A stretch of DNA of 32,000 bases from NCBI RefSeq assembly GCF_000155895.1, contig NZ_DS995298.1, positions 1,260,001-1,292,000 on the forward strand. Direction: 5' to 3'. Made by a program: the position numbers and the translations under genes. Under the pieces are notes generated by a model. That model was not told the DNA's origin and did no database searches. It saw nothing but the letters and a program-made list of their open reading frames with translations. The stretch comes from Candidatus Pelagibacter sp. HTCC7211. GTDB lineage: Bacteria; Pseudomonadota; Alphaproteobacteria; Pelagibacterales; Pelagibacteraceae. Positions within the stretch are counted from its first letter, which is position 1. The number at the start of each line of letters is the position of its first letter. Positions 25,899 to 32,000 of this stretch are shown here, in pieces.

Positions 25899-26919
25899 AA
25901 ATAAAAAGATAAAAATTCATGTTAAGAATAATCATTGGGCACCAGGCTCCTTCCCTACTGATGCCGAAGGTGAAAAAAATTTTACTATTACAAAAGAGCA
26001 CTTAGAAAATGCGCTTAAAGATCTTCCAGAAATAAAAAACAAAGTAGAAATATTTGTTGATTGGGATGAAGATAATTTTGAAAAATCAATGTCTAATTCT
26101 GATATTTTATTAGCTTGGAACTTTCCTACACAAAATCTAAAAAAAATTTCACCTAATTTGAGATGGATACATGTTGTTTCTGCGGGTGTTGAGCATTTGC
26201 TTCCTTTGGACTGGATGTTTGATGATTTAGTATTAACTAATAGCAGTGGTGTCCATGCCAAAAAAGCTGGTGAATACGGGTTAATGGCTATTTTGATGTT
26301 GCAAAATCATATGACCAAAATTGTTACCAATCAAAAAAATAAAGAGTTTGTCTCTTTATTTAGCAATCCTATTGCAGGCAAAACAGTGGTTGTTGTTGGA
26401 ACAGGATCTCTAGGATCTTCAATGGCAAAACACATCAAATCATTAGGAGCAAATGTGATTGGTGTAAATAAAAAAGGGAAAAAAGTAGAAGGATGTAATG
26501 AGGTTATTACTATCGAAAGTATTGATACTGTTTTACCAAATGCAGATTTTTTGTACCTAGCTGTACCTGAAACTCCAGATACAAAAAATATGATTAATAA
26601 AGATAGACTTGATATGCTTAAACCAACATGTGGAATAGTTAATGTTGGAAGACAGTCAGTAATGGATTATGAAGTAATGGCTGATAAACTTAATAATAAT
26701 GAATTAGCTGGCGCAATACTTGATGTTTTTACCCACGAGCCTTTAGATAAGTCTTCAAGACTTTGGGATACGCCAAATCTAATTTTAACACCTCATGTAT
26801 CGTCTGACGATCATGGTGACTATGTAAGATTAACTCTGAATATATTTATAAAAAATTTAAAATTATTTTTTGAAGATAAAGAGTTAATGAATCAGATTGA
26901 TAAAAAGCTTGGATATTAA
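25891..26919 (+). CDS. D-isomer-specific 2-hydroxyacid dehydrogenase family protein
   Basis: 342 aa. VVVVGTGSLGSSMAKHIKSLGANVIGV, NVGRQSVMD, ILDVFTHEPL, and LTPHVSS. TTG start at 25891 preceded by GGAGGCGAGGGG. It overlaps the Rieske stop (TTGACTGA). Confidence 0.7.
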   Translation: MTENKKIKIHVKNNHWAPGSFPTDAEGEKNFTITKEHLENALKDLPEIKNKVEIFVDWDEDNFEKSMSNSDILLAWNFPTQNLKKISPNLRWIHVVSAGVEHLLPLDWMFDDLVLTNSSGVHAKKAGEYGLMAILMLQNHMTKIVTNQKNKEFVSLFSNPIAGKTVVVVGTGSLGSSMAKHIKSLGANVIGVNKKGKKVEGCNEVITIESIDTVLPNADFLYLAVPETPDTKNMINKDRLDMLKPTCGIVNVGRQSVMDYEVMADKLNNNELAGAILDVFTHEPLDKSSRLWDTPNLILTPHVSSDDHGDYVRLTLNIFIKNLKLFFEDKELMNQIDKKLGY

Positions 26920-26957
26920 AAAAATTTTATAAAATTAATTAAGCTAATATTTTTAAC

Positions 26958-27845
26958 TTACTTGTGTTTAATAAGTTTAAGTTTTTCTCTTGTTTCAGCT
27001 GGCGTCATTGGTGAATAGCCTATTTCATCTGCAATTCTTATTGCTTTTTCAACCAACTGCGCATTTGTAGCTAATTTTCCTTTTGATAAATATAAATTAT
27101 CTTCTAAGCCAACTCTTGGATTTCCACCCATCAAAATAGTTTGAGCAACAAAAGGCATTTCATTTTTTGAAATTGCAAAACCAGACCAAACACCCTCTTT
27201 TGGCATTATATCCTTCATTGCTTGCATTGCTAATGTTGTTGCTGGTGCACCCCAAGGTATTCCTAAACACATCTGAAACATTGGTGGGTCACTTAATAAG
27301 CCCTCTTTGTACAATTGGGCACCAAACCACATATTGCCTAAATCAAATGCTTCAATTTCAGGTTTTACCCCTATGTCTTTTAATTTTTTGGCAGCTTTTC
27401 TCAAATCATTTGGCGTATTAACTGTTATAACCGAACTATCGCCGAAGTTTAGTGTTCCAGCATCGAGTGTACAAATTTCAGGTAAAAACTGTTCAGCATT
27501 TGCAATTCTTTCCATAACATTTGCCATATCAGTCATTGGGCCAAAATCTAAAGGGTTATCACCTTGCCCGATATCAAGGTCACCTCCCATACCTGTAGTT
27601 AAATTTAAGATTACATCAGTGCCACTAGATCTTACTCTATCTACTACTTCTTTATATAGCTCTAACCTCCTACTAGGAGTACCATCTTCTTCCCTAACAT
27701 GAATATGAGCAATTGCAGCACCTGCTTTAGCAGCTTCGATAGAAGCTGTTGCTATTTGTTCAGGAGTTTTTGGCAAATCAGGGTGTTTGCTAGCAGTGTC
27801 TCCAGAACCAGTTACCGCGCAAGATACAAAAACTTTATTGTTCAT
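26958..27845 (-). CDS. BKACE (3-keto-5-aminohexanoate cleavage enzyme, DUF849) family; candidate dehydrocarnitine cleavage enzyme
   Basis: 295 aa. VFVSCAVTGSGDTASKHPDLPKTPEQIATASIEAAKAGAAIAHIHVRE is the hallmark BKACE N-terminus. LGIPWG and RVGLEDNLY are also present. Confidence 0.75.
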   Translation of the reverse strand: MNNKVFVSCAVTGSGDTASKHPDLPKTPEQIATASIEAAKAGAAIAHIHVREEDGTPSRRLELYKEVVDRVRSSGTDVILNLTTGMGGDLDIGQGDNPLDFGPMTDMANVMERIANAEQFLPEICTLDAGTLNFGDSSVITVNTPNDLRKAAKKLKDIGVKPEIEAFDLGNMWFGAQLYKEGLLSDPPMFQMCLGIPWGAPATTLAMQAMKDIMPKEGVWSGFAISKNEMPFVAQTILMGGNPRVGLEDNLYLSKGKLATNAQLVEKAIRIADEIGYSPMTPAETREKLKLIKHK

Positions 27846-27880
27846 AATTTATAATTCACTTATAGTTTAAAAAAGTAAAA

Positions 27881-28606
27881 ATGGAAATAACTGAATTACA
27901 AAAAGATTTAGCTGCAACATTTAGATGGGCTGCAAGATTAAATATGCATGAAGCAGTTGCAAATCACTTTAGTGCTTGCGTTCCAGGTTCCTCAGATTTT
28001 TATGTAAATAAAGCCGGCATTCATTTTAGCCGAATAAAAGCAAGTGATTTAATTTTAATAACAAAAGAAAATATTAATGAATTTAGAAATAAACCCGAAA
28101 TAGTAGACTCTACGGCATTAAATATACATGGAACAATTCATGAAAAAGCTCCACATGCTAAATGTATTTTTCATGTTCATTCAAAATATGCAACTATCCT
28201 ATCAACACTAAAGGACCCAACGTTAAAACCTATAGATCAAAATACTATGACTTTTTATAACAAGATTGCTGTCTATAATGATTTTGGAGGATTGGGATTT
28301 CAAGAAGAGTCAATCAAAATGGCAAATGCTTTAGGCAATAAGCAACATATGATTTTAGCTAATCACGGAATTATAACAACTGGAGAGACAGTTGCTGAAG
28401 GTTTCAATTCATTATATTATTTTGAAAAAGCTTCCGAAACTTACATTACAGCTCTATCAACTAATAAAGATTTAAACATTGTAAGTCATGAAATTGCTGA
28501 AAAAACTTCAGAGGAGGCTGCAAATTATCCTGTTGATACAGCAAAACAATTTTTATCAGAGATTAGATGTATCTTAGATAAAGAAGAACCTGATTATGTA
28601 AATTAA
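27881..28606 (+). CDS. Class II aldolase/adducin-domain protein
   Basis: 241 aa. GNHFSA-type start (ANHFSACVPG), HGTIHEKAPHAKCIFHVHSKY (metal-binding His cluster), and ILANHGIITTGETV. Confidence 0.65.
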   Translation: MEITELQKDLAATFRWAARLNMHEAVANHFSACVPGSSDFYVNKAGIHFSRIKASDLILITKENINEFRNKPEIVDSTALNIHGTIHEKAPHAKCIFHVHSKYATILSTLKDPTLKPIDQNTMTFYNKIAVYNDFGGLGFQEESIKMANALGNKQHMILANHGIITTGETVAEGFNSLYYFEKASETYITALSTNKDLNIVSHEIAEKTSEEAANYPVDTAKQFLSEIRCILDKEEPDYVN

Positions 28607-28607
28607 T

Positions 28608-29078
28608 ATGAGTATATTTCTTACTAAACAAAAAATAATAAAAGATTGGACAGACTATAATGGACATATGAATGTTGCATATTATGTTCTCATATTTGAT
28701 CAATTTGGATCAGAAGTCTTATTAACTAGTTTTAATATGGGCGAACATTCTGCAAAAACTACAAAAAAAAGCACTATGGTTGTAGAATCTCATATTACCT
28801 ATGATCAAGAGGTTAAAGAAAATGACGAAGTAGATATTAACTTAATTTATTGTGACCATGATAAAAAAAGAATTCAATATAAGTTAGAAATGATACATTC
28901 AGAAAAAAAATACTTATCCGCAACTCTAGAAGCTTTATCGCTTTATGTTGATCTAGATGAAAGAAAAGTTGTTGAATTTGAAAAAGAAAAAGTGGATCTA
29001 ATGAGAGAATTCATTTCTAAAAATAATAGTACTTTTAAAACTGATAATTTAAAATTTTCTTCTAAATTAAAAAAATAA
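28608..29078 (+). CDS. Hotdog-fold (4HBT-like) acyl-CoA thioesterase; candidate betainyl-CoA thioesterase
   Basis: 156 aa. DYNGHMNVAYYVLIFDQ is typical of 4HBT_2-type thioesterases. Its start lies 1 nt after the aldolase-like stop. Confidence 0.6.
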   Translation: MSIFLTKQKIIKDWTDYNGHMNVAYYVLIFDQFGSEVLLTSFNMGEHSAKTTKKSTMVVESHITYDQEVKENDEVDINLIYCDHDKKRIQYKLEMIHSEKKYLSATLEALSLYVDLDERKVVEFEKEKVDLMREFISKNNSTFKTDNLKFSSKLKK

Positions 29079-29082
29079 ATAC

Positions 29083-29415
29083 TTAAGCATCATTCATAGT
29101 ATTGACTATAACAACACCAATAACAATAAGCACTAAGCCTATTGTGGTTGCAAGGTTCGGAATTTGCTTATATTTAAAAATTCCTATCAAAGACAATGCA
29201 ATTATGCCTACACCTGACCATGTAGCGTAAGTTATTCCAATCGGTAAAATTTTCATTGCATGAGACATTGTATACATACAAATGGCTATGGCTAAAATAC
29301 AGATTAAAGAAGGTACCCATTTAGTAAAACCATCTGTAGCTTTTAGAGTTCCTGTAGAAATTATTTCTCCTGCAATTGCTACTGCTAATAATATATAGGC
29401 CTGAGTCAAAGTCAT
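29083..29415 (-). CDS. SMR-family quaternary-cation exporter (EmrE/QacE-like)
   Basis: 110 aa with four TM spans. Conserved membrane Glu in AIAGEIISTGTLK, and YATWSGVGI. Colinear with EmrE. Confidence 0.8.
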   Translation of the reverse strand: MTLTQAYILLAVAIAGEIISTGTLKATDGFTKWVPSLICILAIAICMYTMSHAMKILPIGITYATWSGVGIIALSLIGIFKYKQIPNLATTIGLVLIVIGVVIVNTMNDA

Positions 29416-29430
29416 CCTATCTTATACATT

Positions 29431-29459
29431 TTGACAAATGAAAATTCTAGCGATAAGTT
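29431..29459 (+). promoter_or_regulatory. Candidate promoter directly abutting the TauD-like start codon
   Basis: TTGACA (29431-29436), a 17-nt spacer, then TAAGTT (29454-29459). The ATG at 29467 is only 7 nt downstream and there is no SD. Confidence 0.3.
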
Positions 29460-29466
29460 ATTTTAA

Positions 29467-30300
29467 ATGAATGTAAAATTATTATCAGGCGCATTAGGTG
29501 CAGAAATTAGTGGAATTGATTTAACTGATACTTCTGATCAAAATTTTAAGAAAATAAATGATTTATTATTAGAACATAAAGTTATTTTTTTTAGAGATCA
29601 GCCCATTACAAATGAACAGCAAATAGCTCTTGCAGCAAAATTTGGTCCATTAGAGACTCATGCATATGTTAAAGGATTAAAAGATCATCCAGAGATTGTA
29701 AGAATTATCAAAGGTAAAGAAGAAAAAAATCAATGGGGTGAAAACTGGCATAGCGATGTAAGTTATAATTCCAAGCCTACTAAAGCAGTGATATTAAAGT
29801 CAGTCAAAATTCCTCCTGTTGGTGGAGATACTTGTTTTTCAAATATGGAATTAGCCTGGGAAACATTAGACCCTAAAATCCAAAGCAAAATAATTAATAA
29901 AAAAGCAGTTCATAGTTCACTTGGAGCAGAATTTTTTATTGATAATTATAAATACATGGAAGGTAATGAAAAAAGAAATTATGACTCTTATTCTAATGAG
30001 CATCCAATAGTAAGAACACATCCTGAAACAGGTAAGAAAATTTTATATGTTAACTGGACCTACACAAAACAGATTATAGGTTTAGAAAAAGAGGAAAGTG
30101 ATCAAGTTTTAAAGGAAATATTTGAACATCAAGCTAGATTGGATCTAACCTGTCGATTTAGTTGGACAGAAGACACTGTTGCTATTTGGGATAATAGAAG
30201 TGTAATTCATTATGCAATAGCAGATTTTTTTCCTGGAAGAGGTCTTGGATACGAGAGAATAATGGATCGAATTGCAATTGAGGGTGACCATCCTCAATAA
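29467..30300 (+). CDS. TauD/TfdA-family Fe(II)/2-oxoglutarate dioxygenase
   Basis: 277 aa. WHSDVSY (HxD), GGDTCFSNM, HPIVRTHPETG, and WDNRSVIHYA. Confidence 0.8.
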   Translation: MNVKLLSGALGAEISGIDLTDTSDQNFKKINDLLLEHKVIFFRDQPITNEQQIALAAKFGPLETHAYVKGLKDHPEIVRIIKGKEEKNQWGENWHSDVSYNSKPTKAVILKSVKIPPVGGDTCFSNMELAWETLDPKIQSKIINKKAVHSSLGAEFFIDNYKYMEGNEKRNYDSYSNEHPIVRTHPETGKKILYVNWTYTKQIIGLEKEESDQVLKEIFEHQARLDLTCRFSWTEDTVAIWDNRSVIHYAIADFFPGRGLGYERIMDRIAIEGDHPQ

Positions 30301-30308
30301 GTAAGATT

Positions 30309-30340
30309 TAAATTCTTAATAAATTAATATAAATTCTTAA
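30309..30340. repeat. 11-bp direct repeat TAAATTCTTAA x2, 21-bp period, immediately upstream of betA
   Basis: Exact copies at 30309-30319 and 30330-30340. The second ends 5 nt before the ATG at 30346. Confidence 0.6.
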
Positions 30341-30345
30341 AAATT

Positions 30346-31929
30346 ATGAAATTTGATTATTTAGTTATTGGTGCAGGTACAGCAGGATGCGTATTGGCAA
30401 ATAGGTTGTCGGAGAATTCACAAAATAATGTTGCGATTTTTGAAGCAGGAAAAAATAGTGATATTTGGAAAGTAAACATGCCACTTGCAATTTTGTATAC
30501 GATGCATGATCCAAAATATAATTATAAATATTATTCAGAACCTGAACCTCACTTAAATAATAGAAAACTTTTTTGTCCAAGAGGAAAGATGATTGGCGGC
30601 TGCTCTGCTCATAATGGAATGGTTTATGTAAGAGGAAATAAAAATGATTATGAAAGATGGGCTTCGTTTGGACTAAGAGATTGGTCATATGAAAAAGTTT
30701 TACCTTTCTTTAAAAAAATTGAAACTTGGTCTGAAGGTGAGAACGAGTATAGAGGTGGAAGCGGCATACTTCCGATTAATCAATCTAAAAATAAAAACCC
30801 ATTATTTAGTGCTTTTTTAAACTCAGCTAAAGAAGCAGGTCATAAAATTAATAATGATATGAATGGAGAAGATCAGGAAGGCTTTGGAATGTATGATGTT
30901 ACCATTCATAAAGGTGAAAGAGCTAGTGCTTCCAAATATTATTTAAATCCAGCCAGAAAAAGAAATAATTTAAAAGTATTTACAGAAACATTTGTTGAGA
31001 AAATTATTTTTGATGGAAAAAAAGCAATAGGAATTGAAGTTAAAATTAAAAATAAAGTTGAAAAAATATATGCAAATAAAGAAATAATACTTAGTGGTGG
31101 ATCAATAAATTCACCCCAATTACTTATGCTTTCAGGTGTTGGACCAGCAGATCACTTAAAGGATAAAGGAATTGAAGTAATTCATGAACTTAAAGGGGTT
31201 GGTAAAAATCTACAAGATCATTTAGAAACCTATATTCAACAAGAATGTAAAACTCCAGATACTTTATATTCATATGTCAACAAATTGAATATGGTTAGAA
31301 TTGGAATTCAGTGGTTTCTAAATAAAAGTGGTCCCTGCTCTACATCATTTTTAGAAGCTGGAGGATTTTGCAAATCATCAGCAGATAAAGAGTATCCAAA
31401 TATTCAGTTCCACTTCTTTCCTGCATTTGTAATAGATCACGGCACGGTGGATCCTGACCGACATGGATTTCAATTACATGCAAGTTTAAATCAACCAAAA
31501 AGTAGAGGACAAATTACATTGAATAGTTCAAATCCTTATGATTATCCAAAAATTCAATTCAATTACTTAGAAGATGATTATGATCTTAAAGAGACAATTA
31601 AGTGTATTCACGTAGCAAGAAAAATACTTAGTCAAAACTCTATGAAGCCTTATACGGGAAAAGAAGTTGGTCCAGGCGAAAGTGCTCAAACAGACAGTCA
31701 AATCGAGGAATATATTAGATCAAAAGCAGAAACTGCTTATCATCCTTCTTGCACTCTTAAAATGGGTGTAGATGATATGGCTGTAGTTGATGAAAAACTT
31801 AAAATACATGGATTACAAAATATAAGGGTTGCCGATGCTTCTATAATGCCTGAAATAACAAGTGGTAATTTAAATGCACCTACCCTAATGATTGGAGAAA
31901 GAGCATCTGACTTTATTATGAATTCATGA
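30346..31929 (+). CDS. betA: GMC oxidoreductase, choline dehydrogenase
   Basis: 527 aa. FDYLVIGAGTAGCVLANRLSE, GKMIGGCSAHNGM, NLQDHLETYIQQECK, FLEAGGF, PNIQFHFFP, HGFQLH, and HPSCTLKMG...DASIMP. Colinear with E. coli BetA as recalled. Confidence 0.75.
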   Translation: MKFDYLVIGAGTAGCVLANRLSENSQNNVAIFEAGKNSDIWKVNMPLAILYTMHDPKYNYKYYSEPEPHLNNRKLFCPRGKMIGGCSAHNGMVYVRGNKNDYERWASFGLRDWSYEKVLPFFKKIETWSEGENEYRGGSGILPINQSKNKNPLFSAFLNSAKEAGHKINNDMNGEDQEGFGMYDVTIHKGERASASKYYLNPARKRNNLKVFTETFVEKIIFDGKKAIGIEVKIKNKVEKIYANKEIILSGGSINSPQLLMLSGVGPADHLKDKGIEVIHELKGVGKNLQDHLETYIQQECKTPDTLYSYVNKLNMVRIGIQWFLNKSGPCSTSFLEAGGFCKSSADKEYPNIQFHFFPAFVIDHGTVDPDRHGFQLHASLNQPKSRGQITLNSSNPYDYPKIQFNYLEDDYDLKETIKCIHVARKILSQNSMKPYTGKEVGPGESAQTDSQIEEYIRSKAETAYHPSCTLKMGVDDMAVVDEKLKIHGLQNIRVADASIMPEITSGNLNAPTLMIGERASDFIMNS

Positions 31930-32000
31930 CAACAGCACAAAACAATACCAAGGGTATTCTTTTTATTCTTGTTGGAATGGTTGTGTTTTCAATTCAGGAT
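31926..32000 (+). CDS. 5' end of an EamA/DMT-type transporter gene (partial, runs out of the window)
   Basis: ATG at 31926 overlaps the betA stop (ATGA). MTTAQNNTKGILFILVGMVVFSIQD is a typical EamA first helix. Confidence 0.5.
   Translation, partial: MTTAQNNTKGILFILVGMVVFSIQD

Noticed and set aside
26920-26957. Bidirectional terminator between the converging 2-hydroxyacid dehydrogenase and BKACE genes
   Set aside because: Only short stems made entirely of A/T pairs (AAAAT...ATTTT) can be drawn. These cannot be told apart from background in this AT-rich DNA.
12136-31929. The whole osmolyte cluster as a horizontally acquired genomic island
   Set aside because: I saw no integrase, tRNA target, flanking direct repeats or general compositional break. 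Only the GDPD gene looks more AT-rich. The packing and codon style match the rest of the window.
2019-31940. Nested or antisense ORFs from the track: 2019-2267, 3330-3536, 4177-4368, 6435-6779, 7045-7230, 9349-9573, 13502-13783, 15459-15659, 19235-19429, 21477-21800, 22252-22440, 22498-22683, 23383-23589, 25932-26261, 27167-27421, 27307-27702, 30365-30688 and 31740-31940
   Set aside because: Each lies wholly or largely inside a longer ORF with clear family motifs. Their sequences are low-complexity or Leu/Phe/Lys-rich, as expected from alternative frames. None has a plausible start context.

Overview
This is an AT-rich (about 70% A+T by eye), very gene-dense segment with about 31 CDS. Most spacers are 0-40 nt, several gene pairs have ATGA/TGATG/8-nt start-stop overlaps, and three convergent pairs sit 1-4 nt apart. 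I found no rRNA, tRNA, CRISPR array, transposase, integrase or recognisable transcription factor. Composition, packing and gene content look like a streamlined marine alphaproteobacterium of the Pelagibacterales (SAR11) type; that attribution is inference only. The content is almost entirely uptake and catabolism of osmolytes and quaternary ammonium compounds. (1) A DmdA-like GcvT-family enzyme, a thiolase, IlvE and an atypical transthyretin/HIU-hydrolase-like gene lie at the left end. (2) A minus-strand EutA-like/DoeA-like (ectoine-hydrolase family) pair is fused to a PotABCD-type ABC importer, with an intra-operon hairpin after the binding-protein gene. (3) A glycine-betaine ProX-ProW...ProV transporter is split by a GDPD gene and a gamma-butyrobetaine dioxygenase gene. 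(4) All four steps of gamma-butyrobetaine -> L-carnitine -> 3-dehydrocarnitine -> betainyl-CoA -> glycine betaine are present: BBOX, carnitine dehydrogenase, BKACE and thioesterase. (5) Two divergent Rieske oxygenases have no reductase partner in the window. (6) An orphan FrhB-like flavo-FeS protein sits next to an SDR. (7) An SMR exporter, a TauD-like dioxygenase and BetA lie at the right end. The most interesting candidate for undescribed biology is the tightly packed six-gene minus-strand operon at 24456->19095: Rieske oxygenase, glyoxalase I, His-less cupin, GS-like ligase, MetX-like hydrolase and carnitine dehydrogenase. All family calls come from motifs read in the supplied translations and from recalled family knowledge. 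No database search was run.
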